Shown here: piece by piece, positions 1 to 13,029 of the stretch | How the letters are laid out: the number at the start of each line of letters is the position of its first letter | Position numbering within the stretch: position 1 is the stretch's first letter | Source: Eledone cirrhosa | Lineage: Eukaryota | Assembly: GCA_964016885.1 (NCBI GenBank) | Contig: OZ024742.1 | Span: 232,500,001-232,564,000, forward strand | Length of the DNA: 64,000 nucleotides | Reading direction: 5' to 3' | The notes under the pieces: generated by a model | Database searches by the model: none | What the model saw: only the letters and a program-made list of their open reading frames with translations | Told to the model about the DNA's origin: nothing | Made by a program: the position numbers and the translations under genes

Positions 1-888
1 CTGCCATACTCTGTTGCAAGCATTCTGATCATGTCTGTAACCCCTCTCCTGCCCACCAGTCTATGATAACAGGAAAGGGTCATGCAAAATATCACAATTT
101 CTGCAAATCTTGTGAGAAAAGTGAACTTTTAGCCATTTTTATCCAGCTTAGAAAATTGCAAATATCTTGAGAATTCTTCACTTTCAATTCATATGCTGGC
201 ATATGTCACTAATAGTCTACAATTGTTAGAACAGATATTTTTTTAATATGTGAAATGTTATTATTATCACTAATCACATACCTGTTGGAAATTTCAAATT
301 TTGCAAATGTTTTAACCACACAATACAGAATGCTTATAACAAATTACTTTTAGGATTCTGATCATAATGCAGATGCTGATAGATTCAATTCTTAACATAA
401 AATATTATTTCATTTAGAGGCACTTAAAATATTTGAATCTTTATTACATTTAACCTTTTCATGGCTGTATTGTAATTAATTAATGAAGAATTTTGAGGGA
501 TTTACTAAAATTATTGATTATTTCATAACTAAGAAAGTAACTTTAAAATGGGGCGTTTTTGTTTTATAGAACTAGAGCTGATTTTGATCAGGTTGGTATA
601 AAAAGGGGTTTTAAGATGCTTTGAAGATTGAGAAATTAGGTCTCTTACTAATGGATTAAAAAGAAGAAAAATATGATTTTAAGAAAGTAATAATGAGAAA
701 ATATTCTCAAAGTAATTTTAACATACCTAGTAGATCAATGAAAGAGCTATATCACATATTCACTGAAACTTAAAGCAACACAATTGATGTTATTGTATCA
801 TCATAAATGTTACATTTTCTATGTTATTTGCATTCAGTTGTTTTTAACTTTGATCCATATAAAAAAAATGTTGTTGCCATTTTTGCAG

Positions 889-961
889 TTTGCTGGTTAT
901 TCAGAAAGAGCCCTTTCTGAACGTTTGATTGGATGTCAAGCTTCTATAATTGTTACTGCAG
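889..961 (+). CDS. ACSS2: Acetyl-CoA synthetase exon, alternative copy A (FAGYSERALSERLIGCQASIIVTA)
   Basis: ttttgcAG acceptor at 887-888, GTcaga donor at 962; 73 nt, phase 0 to phase 1; peptide matches the ACS 'FAGFS..L..RI......IT' segment; joins in frame to the exon at 22262 (G+AT=D). Confidence 0.85.
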
Positions 962-3156
962 GTCAGAACTTACAGCCCCATATCTCAACACTTATATCAA
1001 ATGTTTATGACTGCATACAGTGTATATATTTGATATATCAGCTTAGGTTTTGCATTTCCCCCTGTGATTGTTAGCTTCTTGTTCATTGTTGTATTTTCAT
1101 CTTTTATTAGTCCAAATATTTCCATTTGTATTTAGTCATGAATGTTAAATATTTGTTTTTGTTTGTGATTTAGTCATTTGCTTTACCAAGAAAAATATAA
1201 TTGCTTTGAATATAACGAGTTGCTTTGTTTCAATTTTAATAATGCTAGTTTTTATATTTGAAATTCCTCATTACTTCAGGAATTAAATTTTTATTTAGTA
1301 TTTTTAAAGCATAATTCAAATTTCTTATATTCCAAAATAATGGTCAAATGCTGATATTTTATTTTATTTTAGAAATTATTGATATTTTCTTAAGGGTTTC
1401 AGTAATTTAAATACAGCTATGCTGGAGCACTGTTCAACCAAAACCTCACAAAGTACTAGACATTATGGTATTATACATTTGTCTAAGACATTGTGCGGTG
1501 GAACCATACATAGAACCATATGTTTACGGACCAAATTTCTTAACTTCACATGTATGCCTGTGCCTATGTATATATTAATTAAAACATTTTATTTTTCCTT
1601 TTACAATTCTTGAGTATGTTCTAAACAAAATGTCTTGTTTCTAAGAAGACAAATACATAAATAATATCTATAGACTTTCATTATTTTAATATTATTGCTA
1701 TTAGAATTAGCAGAAAGTATTCTGCATATTCAATGCATGTTGTAGCTTACTTGTATATGCTAGTTTCTAATTTATGTGTAGTAGTTGTTAGTACAGTATT
1801 TAAAGTGTCTGTTAATGGTAATCTGCAAATATTGTATATGACTATTCTAACTCTTATTGATGATTTTCATTTCAATATTAAATTTTTATTATTATACTAA
1901 AGGGCTGTCTAAAATATTTTCAAAGCCAATCTATGAAAATAATTTATAAAAAGAAAACCATTTGAGTCTGATGAATTGTTATAAAATACTATTAAAATTA
2001 TTTTCTTTTTCTTTTCAAGTCAGAAATGTGCTTTTCATCATTTTATGAATTCAAATATATATATATTTTTTACAATTGATACAAATGAATTGCAAGAACA
2101 AAATAAAACTCTTATTTTCTGAAATCAATAGAATGAATGAAGGTTACATTGGATTTGCTTGAAATGCTGATAATTTCATTTATATTTTCATCTATTTCTT
2201 TCGATTAGCCCTTTAGCATTTAAAGCGGCCATATCCAGCCAGAATTCTCTGACCTCTTTCTGTTAAAACCGGGCATAACCAGCCGCTCATAATTATTTTA
2301 AGGTATTGTTCTCAAAGTAAATAATATCAAAATCTCGTAGATTCGATTTTATGTGAAATAAAATGTTTGCTGTGAAAATATATTAGTAAATATAGAGTAA
2401 TGTAAATGCCAGTGTTTACTCAAGTAAAATGTTAAAGTGATTGCTGGTTGATCTGGATTACAGCAAGATTTGTTTTACAACAGATTTTTGTGAAATTGTG
2501 AGATCATTTAATACTGGTTTATCATTGGTTTTGTCTGATGAGTTGAGATGTGAACTTGGCACTGAAACTATAAAAACACTTGGTTATAAAATGATCCTGT
2601 TACTATGGAAATTTTTTTATTGCAAAGTGAGCTAGTGATGGGATTTTACCTGTACATATCTCAGAATGGGATAGGAAATGCCAACAGTTGAAGCAGCAGG
2701 TCATTATACATATGACTGAAAAAGTTCTCAAAATGGAGCAAATTAGTTAGCTGTAAGAGTCCTTCATTAGAGATAGATGGGTCACCTTTATAACAAAACT
2801 TTGAATGATTAGTTATCTAAATACATTGATACATTTCTGATAAATATATAGCATGGGATATTCAATGAGACCAAAACATGTTTTTTGCTGTTTTGATAGG
2901 ATAGATTAGTAGAATGGATACATCATTTAGGATGGTGTATATGTGTTTGCATTCTATAAACATGCATTATAATTGTTATTTTTGTTTAGTGGCAAATTTT
3001 AATTCCATTTTGTAACTGATTTGCTCCACTTATATCTATATTTCCCTTGGAAAAGCATCAATATGATTTTTTCTCATTTTATTTGCTATTAAAAACCTCA
3101 GACATCATACTTATATATGAAACTAATAATGTATCTTTTCTTGTATATATATATAT

Positions 3157-6100
3157 AATAATAATAATGAAATATTGTGTACAGTACTCAGGTGCACTAC
3201 AACTCATCAAAAAGTGTATGTATAGTACATAGGGTAATGTACAAACGTCAGGAAAATGAACAGTGTATAAGTCATGATATACACATGTGTGCATGTGTAT
3301 GGAAGGGGGACATCAGGTGTAGTTTTGGCGAATTTCGGGAAGCATGGAGGCCTTAAAGGAAGCAGTGTCTCGACAGCTAACAACTGATGCAGGTAGTTTG
3401 TTCCATGCTTCAGCAACTCTAAGCGTGAAAAAATGTTTCTGAAAGTCATGGGAGCTGTGCTGTTTTCTGACTTTGTAGGCATGCCCACGTGTGTTAGACA
3501 CATGGAGATCAAAAAGGTGCTCAGGATTCTTGTTGGCGAGATGGTTAATAACTTTGTGGGTGTTTACCAAGTCCATTGCCAGACGTCGGAGCTTCAATGA
3601 ATCCATGCCCAGGGAAGCTAGGTGTCTGATGGAGGGTATGCGTTTGGTTGCACGTCTCTGAACAGTTTCCAGATAGGGGTTCCAGACTGATGATGCAAAT
3701 TCCAAGTGTGGTCGTACCATAGCTATATACAGCTTTAAATAGTTGGCTGGAGAGCGGCTAACAAAGGTCTTGTTGAGTGATGCCAAGAGACCCTCGGCCT
3801 TCTTGACAATCTTAGAGATATGCTTTATCCAACGCAAATCGCTGCTGACAGTAATGGCCAGGTCACGTTCACAAGAAGACTTCTTGTTATCAGTGTTGTG
3901 GAGGGAGTATGTGGACGCTGGATTTTTCTTACCAAAATGCATGGTGGTACACTTGTCCACAGCCAGCTTGAGTAGTCCATGATCCATTGCTGCATTGTGT
4001 CCAGGTCTGATTGTAGGAAAGAGTTGTAGATTTCAGGATCAGTCCTTTTGATTTCAAGGTACAGCTTGATGTCATCTGCATATTTCAGTATTGTGGCATT
4101 CTTTAAGTTGGCATCTATGTCATTAATATATGCCACAAACAAAAGGGGACCAAGAACAGATCCTTGTGGTACACCAGATGACATATCATATGGTGAAGAA
4201 TGCTGTCCTAGAACTGTGACTACTTCTTTTCGGCTGAGAATGAAGGATTTCAACCGGTTAAAAAGATCGTCCTTCACACCCATTGCAGAGAGTTTCGCCA
4301 TAAGTCTTTTGTGGCACAGAATTAAAAGCCTTAGCGAAGTCAAGGTAAACAACATCCACCCATGAGCCGCTGTCAGTTTTCCGTGTGATGTCTTCAAGGA
4401 ACTCGATAAGCTGACCACAGCAGCTGGAGTTAGGGATAAATCCAAACTGCGAGGGCTGGATGAGGCTGTGAGAGCTCCAGAAGTTCCAAATTGTTTCTCT
4501 GACACAGGATTCCATCAGTTTGGCAATACAGCTAGTAAGACTGACTGGACGATAGTTGACAGGTGACATGCGGTTGCCCTTTTTGAACAGAGGAATGACA
4601 CTGGCAGTTTTTCACTGCTCCGGAGTAGCACCATTGTTGAGATAGTATTGAAAGAAGAAAGAAAGCTGGTGCAAAGGAAGTACCCACCACGTTTGAGAAG
4701 CAGGAATGTAACACCATCAAGACCAGGGGAGGCATAGTTGCGCTTATTCTTAAGGTGACGTCGCAACATTGCAGGTGTAAATTCCATAGTTGTTATGGAA
4801 TTTGATGTTAGAGATGGTGGAGATGGTACATTCTGGTTTTCAACAGTGAAAATGCTTGCATAGCACTCAGCAATGAGTTCTGCGCATTCTTTGGGATCGT
4901 CAGTGATCTGGCTTGTGTGGGAATTGCGAAGAGGACCAACTGGTGAGTGAGGTCTCTGCTTTGAATGAACATATTTCCAGAACACCTTACTGTCAGGATT
5001 GGTTGCTATGCACTGTTCAAATTCAAGCACTGCCTTTTTTTGTCACTTGCTTGAGATGGTTGGAAGATTTATTCCGCTTTTTTCTGTTGGCATCTGATTT
5101 ATGCAGTTTATATTCGCGTTCCGACGTTCTGAAGTTTGCCAAATTGCACTTTTGGGGTGGTTTTTTTTCTGCTTACGTGGCACCGATGCTGCACACGCTA
5201 TCCATATTGAGTCCAGGATGCTCTGGAGTATAGTGTTCACATCTCCAGAGTTATAGAACTCATGCCAGTTTGTTCCAATCTGCTTTCTTCCAATCAAAGC
5301 AAGTAGATTGGTGATGTTCTGGTTTTTGTTGCTGCCCGCAAGAGCCAGTTTGGCAATGATCATAGCATGATCAGAGTCGCCTAGAGGTTCCTCAGTAGTA
5401 CAACTGATAACCACTTCAGGAGTAGTGGTTAAGATCAGGTCCAAAGTGTTGTCACCTCTTGTTGGAGAGGTGACTACTTGTGACCAGTTTGAGTCCAGCA
5501 CTAGCTCAAGGAAATCGTTTGCACTTTGTGGCCAATGAAAGGTTTCCCAATCGATCTCGGGATGATTGAAGTCACCTGCAATAAACACATAAGTGGCTGT
5601 TTTCCTGCCAGCAGCTCTGAGGATATCGCAAAGCTGTGTGTCCTGATGGTGGTTTGGGGGGGCGATAAACAATACAAAGCAGAAGTGTTGACATGGTCAT
5701 ACGTATGTCACAAAAAAAAACTTCTTCTTGTGATTCGTTCAAATCAACGCAAGGAATTACCGAAAAGTTTGAACGAACGTAGACCATCACACCACCACCA
5801 CGGCGATTAATGCGGTCCTTGCGGAAAAGGTTGTACCCAGTAATGCTGAAAACCCCATCACAGAGTAAGGAATGTGCCCATGTTTGCGTGACTGTGATGA
5901 AGTCAGGGTCGATGCTTCTGACGTAGGAGTTAAACAGATGTATCTTGTTGCATAAACTGCGAGCATTTAAAGACAACAATTTGTACCCTGCTTGCAGTTT
6001 ATGATGGTGTGTAGAGGATGGCAGGTTGTTCTGGTTTAGTTTCCCAGAGTTGTTACAGTTTTTTCATTGCCAGTTAGTGTGGGTAGAGCACACTCAGACC

Positions 6101-6340
6101 AGCTGGTATCTCTCTTCCACGTTTCACCAGCCTTAACAAACAAACCTCCAGATCTGCCCATCATCACACAGACTAAAACTTTCACGTTGTGCTGAGTTCC
6201 GATTCAAGGAAGCTGCAGCACGTAGCTTTAGACGTACATGGGGTGGTAGACCTGGGCATGTTCGGAAGGTAATCCGATTTTCACGCCCAGCTTTAACAAA
6301 GGCCAGATGATATGAAATTGCCTCAGCGGGGTCCGAAAAA
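3157..6340 (-). mobile_element. CR1/L2-group LINE, frameshifted and 5'-truncated (end of ORF1, APE endonuclease, RT, 3' UTR, (TAT)n tail)
   Basis: Minus-strand ORF pieces: LNARSL..K, GDFNHP, TRG.N.LDLIL, SDH (APE); NYRPVSLTS, YLDFAKAF, GVPQGSVLGPLLF, YADD (RT); FFTLRV..WN.LP C-terminus; several frameshifts. Confidence 0.92.
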
Positions 6341-6485
6341 GATATGTAAAAGGTAAACAGAAATAACAACACAATCGGTACAGTATATGGAAGGGATATA
6401 TTAGGTTAATGCTTGATATAGCAGGAAGAGGATCTTAACGTTTCGGATGCTAGTCCTTCATCAGAAGAAAGCATGAGAAATAAGA
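6341..6485 (-). mobile_element. Penelope-like terminal-repeat relic with minimal hammerhead motif
   Basis: Minus strand reads tcttCTGATGAaGGActagcaTCCGAAACGTTaaga (about 6433-6468). Confidence 0.55.
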
Positions 6486-6990
6486 TATATATATATATAT
6501 ATATATAAAGAATTGAATTATTCACTTAAGTCATATATATATCAAGATATAGATAAGCTCAATGTATATATATGTGTGTATATATATATATATACACACA
6601 CATAGACAGAGTTTGTGCACTTAAAACATAGTAGTGACTGCAGAAGTGGTACATGCATAAGGGGTGTTTGAGATGTGAGTTGTGCCTTTTCATGAATAGA
6701 AAGGATATAGTGTTGTTGAGATTGTTTCCTTCATATGTGAAGCAATTGCACTTTGGTGCTGGTAAAGTTATCAACTCACCTTTGCCTTATCTATCTTCTA
6801 TGTTCCTATGACAACCATCTTATGTTATTTATCTGTATTGCATGTTCATATAAGTACAGTTACTATTCTTCCATTTATTAACCAATATTCTCTTCTTGAA
6901 ACTTAATTGTTTTTAGTCTAAAGTTACATACATAATTCTTTTTTTCCAGTTCCTTCTTTGATGAAATTGCATATATAAAATTACATCACA

Positions 6991-7217
6991 TTAACTCTTA
7001 ACATCCTGTGATGATTTAGCAGACAATATCTAAAAAAGAGGATTGTTAATTCAAATGTTTATAGCATCTTTACTAGTGGAAAGATCATTTTGAAAATTTG
7101 CTGTAAACTAAAAGTAAAGACTTTAGATTTTGATGTGATGCAGTCATCAAGCTCTTTTGCACTTTTAGAATGTCTTACTAATGCAGTTTCATGCAATACA
7201 GGATGTTAAGAGCTAAC
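6991..7217 (+). mobile_element. TTAA-flanked MITE family B. Other copies at about 16250-16400, 17357-17560, 26582-26700, 57192-57412
   Basis: TTAA|CTCTTAACATCCTGT ... ACAGGATGTTAAGAG TIRs with a shared internal sequence. Confidence 0.72.
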
Positions 7218-7222
7218 TATGT

Positions 7223-7452
7223 TTAACCCTTTAGCATTTAAACCGACCATGTCCAGCCAGAATTCTCTCACCTCTCTCTGTTCAAACCAGCTGTAACCGG
7301 CTTAACTGATGTTAAGTATTGTTCTCAAAATAAATAATATCAAAACCTCATAGATTCAATATTATGTGAGATAATTATGTGAGGTAAAGCCTTTACCATG
7401 AAAATATAATAGTAAATATAGAGTACGGTAATATAAATACTAAAGGGTTAAA
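7223..7452 (+). mobile_element. TTAA-flanked (piggyBac-type) MITE family A. Other copies at about 2206-2410, 25310-25522, 30187-31235 (interrupted), 38659-38887, 45062-45275
   Basis: TTAA|CCCTTTAGCATTTA ... TAAAT(G/A)CTAAAGGG|TTAA terminal inverted repeats. Confidence 0.8.
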
Positions 7453-7690
7453 CTAAAAATGATTATGTCACAGAGAACTATATCAAGTAATTTAAATGGA
7501 ATGACTTTTCATATTTTACCTTTTCAAGTTCAGATGAAATTCTTTCAAGTACATTGGAAGAATAATTAACATTATGAATTTGTAGCATTTTCTGTCATCT
7601 TTTTTCTTCTTATACTATAATAATTTAGGTATAAAGTATTGAAGATATCAGTTGTATATTTACTTTTATTTTGCAACTATTTTTTTGTAG

Positions 7691-7763
7691 TTTGCTGGAT
7701 TTTCCTCAGAGGCATTAGCAAATAGACTCCTTGATGCCAAGTGCTGTGCAATTGTAACTGCAG
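7691..7763 (+). CDS. ACSS2: Acetyl-CoA synthetase exon, alternative copy B (FAGFSSEALANRLLDAKCCAIVTA)
   Basis: ttttgtAG acceptor, GTgact donor at 7764; 73 nt, same phases as copy A; 12/24 aa identical to copy A; not in the ORF track. Confidence 0.9.
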
Positions 7764-10621
7764 GTGACTCTTAGTGTGCTCATTGCTTTGCAGCTATACA
7801 CTAACTGCTTGGTGCTCTCATTACACTAAATAAAAACAAACAATATTTGCAAATCATATGGGTGCTTTTTTTTTCAATATTTCTTAACAGAAATAATTCT
7901 TTGATAAACTAACAACATTTAAAGCAATATACAATATTTAATTATGGTGAGCATTCATGCATATGTGTATATATGTGTGTGAGTGCATGTGTTGGTGCCT
8001 GTATAAAATGTATCTTGTAGACTCTGTAAGTAGTATTACTAGTGCCACAATAAGATGCATCTAGTACACTCTATAAAGTGATTGTTATTTGGAAAGGCAT
8101 CCAGCCATAGAAAACAAGCCAAAAATAGAGTCCATAAGCAAGACATAATCTTCCAACCTGTCTAATCTCAGGCAATGACAATCTGTCCAACCCATGCCAT
8201 CATGAAAAATGGACATAAATAATGATATATATGTATGTGTGTGTGTGTATGAGTGTTTGGATGTATTTGAACAATTATATAACATAGATATATAAATTAT
8301 ATATAAGAATATATTGTATACTGATAGTTAAACTTACAACACTAGATTATTTATTTTGAATATTGTCTGACTAAGGGAGCATGAGAGATTTTTGTTGTTT
8401 TTATTTAACTGCAGGTTATCCCTAAATGAGCAGACCTTATGATTATGTCATAATTACAAACATGAGGCATGAGGTATACTCTAACTAAAGGAGTATGAGT
8501 GGTTATTGCTGTTGTGTTTATTTAGCTGCTGGTCTTCTCTAAATGAACAGACTTTATGATCGTGCCACAGTTACAACTATGAGGCTATGCCACACAAGCC
8601 AAGAATATTGAAGAAAACTACATGAAGGGAATGCAGAGTGATTAACATTACATGAATCCTCTGCTCATCAAATCTCTGGTATCTATTCATCTCCAACTCA
8701 TTATCATCATTATCATCACTGTTTAATGTTTGCTTTCCCTCCTAGCTAGAGTTGGACATGTTGTAAACAAAATGGGTTGATACTCAATTGGAGCTACTGA
8801 CTCTAAGGATTGACTGGGAACCTGCATCAAACCCATACTTCCTCCTGAGGATTACGTTAAAAGCAGAACTGTCTGTGGAATACTCAGCCACTTACAGAAT
8901 AATTCAATGAGGAGACAATTCAGTTGATCCTACAACTGCAATAGTCATCATTGAAACCCATGAAGATCCATTTATGTTTTTTAGTACTTTGCGTATATCA
9001 TTACACTACTATTATAACTGTCACTCACAATCAAGTATGACTTGGTAGTATGTATCAAGCTTTCAATGAGAGCCTTAGGTGCACATGCAGATATCCTCTC
9101 GATCCCTCCCTCCCTTAATCCAGTGAAGCATGCAGGACATGGTGGCTGGAACACTGAGCTAGTACTTTCTTTATCAACACCAAAAGAATGAAAGGCAAAG
9201 TGGACTTCAGTGGGATTTCAACTCAGAATGCAGAGAGCTGGAACAAATGTTCAATGCTCTAATGACTGTCAAATTGAATGCTTACTTTACACATAAATCT
9301 GTATATATATATGTATTCATATCCAAATGTAGAAACCATATAAAAAATGGGATGTGTAAGTGAGACAAACATAATCCCTGACATTTAACTGACTTACACT
9401 GTGACAACCCCATCCAATCCATGCCAGCTTGGAAAAGTGGGTGTAAAACAAGGATCAGGAGTTATATACAGTTTACACTGTGGGACTATTACCTCATTAC
9501 CTGGTGAAGCAGATGATGAATTTGTCACCTTTCAACATCTATTTGGTTATACATGTTTTATTAAAGATGACTGAAAAATCTCAACCAATTTAATACTGAG
9601 ATGTTTGTTTTTCAGCTGTTTGGTTAGTATAGTTGTTGAAAATTGCATGAAAGTCTGTATGTATGTGCATTTCTCTGAGCATGTGTCTTCATACAGTCAC
9701 TGCTTAAACAACCAGTGCCATTTGCTTATGTCATGCATAAGCAATATGTAACACAACTTAGTGGTTCAGCAGGTGAAGATCAATAGCCTGTGTGCAGGAA
9801 CACATGTAAGATGAGATCCCATCTCATTTGAGAGATCAGTGATTCCGATTAAATACTGCTGTTGCCTGTGACGACATATCCAACCTTTGCTAGTTGGGAA
9901 AACAGACTTTAAATGATAAGAGAAGTTAAATTAATTGTATTTGTCTGTGAAAGCTTGAACAAATAAACAGGACATCAACAACTGGGAGTACTTTGAATGG
10001 TAAAGTGTAAATAAATAGTATGTTAGATTGTTTGGTTGACCTTAAGAAATTGTTGTGCTCAATGTGAATTAGGGTGGAGGGTTTGCTTTCATTTGTATTC
10101 AAATATTGTGTGTGGATATTGCCATCATTATCATCATCATTAAATAGGAATTAAATGAAAATGGACATTCTAATGAAAGACATTGCCTCTAATTTTAAAA
10201 ATAAACTAACATTTGAAAGGATTTAGTTATGTAGCTAACTTTCTCACAATCATGCTACTTGGAACATAACTTAGGAAAGGTTCTTACTTATGAAGGGAGG
10301 TTTTTAGATAAATATAAACACAATAAAATAAAGCTTTGCATTATGGAACCAGGGACAGTTACAGGTGGTTTGTTATCAGAAGGGTTAATGGCCATTTTCC
10401 CCGCAGGAAAAAAAAAAAATATATATATATAAGAATAACATTAAGAAAGATGCTGTGATTACATAAAGCATTATTCATTATAATTATTTCAATGGTTCCT
10501 TTATGCAATCCAAGATTCAATTATCTTGATTTTTCTCTTTATTTAGCTGTTTATTTTAAAGTGTTTATATTTACTCCCAAATCTTTCATTATAATTTTAT
10601 ATAGCATTATTTTAGTTATAT

Positions 10622-10947
10622 TGGTCGGTGGATTGGCAGTATCGGTAGAGGGTCGGACGCCATGCTTTCCAGCATAGTTACGTCCCTTTACGATCTGAGT
10701 TCAAATCCCGCCGAGGTTGACTTTGCCTTTCATCCTTACGGGGTCGATAAAATAAAGTACCAGTAATGCACTGGGTAATTGCTGGCCTTGTGCCTAAAGT
10801 AGAAACAATTATTTTAGTTATATTAGTATGATCTGAGTTCAAATCCCGCCGAGGTTAACTTTGCTTTCATCCTTCCGGGGTCGATAGAATAAAGTACCAG
10901 TAATGCATTGGGTAATTGCTGGCCTTATTCCAAAAGTAGAAACAATT
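10622..10947 (+). mobile_element. Two tandem copies of the dominant tRNA-headed SINE. Other copies at about 12275-12495+, 16775-16962-, 19060-19222+, 19467-19642+, 21341-21530+, 21551-21705-, 21828-22018+, 28005-28187-, 29330-29546-, 39393-39580+, 44343-44555+, 61226-61410+
   Basis: A-box-like TGGCAGTATCGG, B-box GAGTTCAAATCC, central GCCTTTCATCCTTACGGGGTCGATAAAATAAAGTACCAG (resembles the MetaSINE central domain, from memory), (ATT)n tail. Confidence 0.85.
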
Positions 10948-13029
10948 ATTTTAGTTATATTTCAAACACCAGCATAATGATAAATAATATAATTATATTG
11001 CTAAATATCTCTAGATTCTCGATTATTTCTAAAATGATGTGAAAATGACAGTGAGTGTCTTTCATTGGAAATATAGTAATGAAAAAGGTTATTTTGATAA
11101 ATCCTTTCAAAATTAATTGAGACTAAAAGTTGTAATCACAAAAGGTTTGAAAAATTGTTTTACTAATTGGATTTTTTTTTTGCATGAATAATATTTGCTA
11201 AGTATTGCTAACATTTCCTCAATATTAACTAATTTGGTGTTTTATGTTTTATTAACATTTCTACTACCCATTAACTGAAAGATCCTGTAGTTTTGTGCAT
11301 GTCTAAATAAAGATACATTGAATGTTACTAATACCTTATCAGTGCTCATAATTTCTCTATTGATGGTAAGTTTTTGTGTACTTATAAGAAAGAATTCAGT
11401 ATTGTTCTTTGTTGTATATTATTAATTCTAATGATTATTTTCATTATCTTTTTCCAAAGTATTTCTATTTAATTTAGTTTTTGTGGAAGACCCACATTTT
11501 TTACCTTGTTCCTTTGGTCCTTCCTGAAATGCTAGCAAAAATGATGATAGCAGAGAAACTATTATATTATACTGTTAGGTCTTGGATCTTGATGTTTGCA
11601 TAATATATAATTGTTGATAGAGGAGTACTGCATTTAACTTTGTAATGCATTTGATACCAAACTGCCTGTTCAATGGCACAAAGTTGTTTATTTTAAAGTG
11701 TTTATATTTATCTAAAAACATTCCTTTATAATTTTATGTAAGAATATTTGTTAGGTTATATTCCAAACACCAGTTTAATAATGGGAAAATTATATTACTA
11801 AATTCCCTGGAATTCTTCATCATTTTCAATATGATTTGAAAATCATAAGCAGTGTCTTTCATTAGAAACATGGTAGTGAAAGGGTTAATTATTATATCAC
11901 ATATGTTCATTACCTCATTCTATCCATTTCTTTGTCAACTAGGCATACCTCACATTTGTTGTAATTGTGTATTTATAATACAAAGTCAAGTAAATCAACT
12001 CTTCCATTTGCATAAAAAAATTTTACATCTAACAAAGAAATTGTTGTTGCAGTCAGAAATACAAAAAATTTAGTCCACAAGTTTTATTTCCAGGTAAAAT
12101 CATTGACTTTTACTATAGAAAAAGGCATAAACATCACAACTTCTCAGCTCTCCTGATAATCTGAAGTCATCATCATCATCATCATCAACGTTTAACATCC
12201 GTGTTCCACGCTATAAACTAATATTTAAAAAATGATTATAATAATGATAATTATTATTATTAACAAGACATTTAGGGTGGTCGATTGACAGTATCGGTAG
12301 AGAGTCAGACACCATGCTTTGCAGCATAGAGTTACAGTTCTTTACGGTCTGAGTTCAAATCCTGCCGAGGTTAGCTTTGCCTTTTGTCCTTATGGGGTTG
12401 ATAAAATAAAGCACCAGTAACGTACTGGGGTCGATTTAAGCGACTTTCCCCTCCCCCCAAATTACTGGCCTTGTGCCTATACTAGAAATCATTATTAACA
12501 AGACATTTGGAGTTCAAATCCTGTCACGATCAACTTTGCCTGGGTTAATAAAATAAAGTACCAGTAATGCACTGAGTCGATTTAATCAACTTTCCTCCTT
12601 TCAAATTGTTGGTTTTGTACCAATGTTAGAAATAATTATAAAGAAATAATGTGTACTTTTCTTATAAAACATATTGTTAATAGTTACATCTATTATATTA
12701 AAACTCTATTTTTAAAAAGGAACACATTCATGGTTTTTCAAGAACATTTTTCACAAAATTTTCAAAGAATATTTCTTTTTGAATTGATATATATGTGCTT
12801 AAGGGGTTTTCTAGTGTTTTATTTTATTTTATTTTATTTCTGGTTACTGTGTTGAAACAACTCGGTTACAAACTCTTAATTTCTTTCGCTTTTGGGAGAT
12901 TAATATTTTTTTTTATTTGTCTTATATTTTTTCACTTTTTTCTTTCTTTAACTTTTCATTGAGAAATTTACTGTAATTAAATTATCCTTTCAATGTTCTG
13001 TTTATAGAACATGAATTTAAAATATGATT

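Noticed and set aside
784-1074. 96-aa ORF as a standalone gene
   Set aside because: Only the 73-nt internal part is ACS-like and it is bounded by splice sites; the rest is intron read-through
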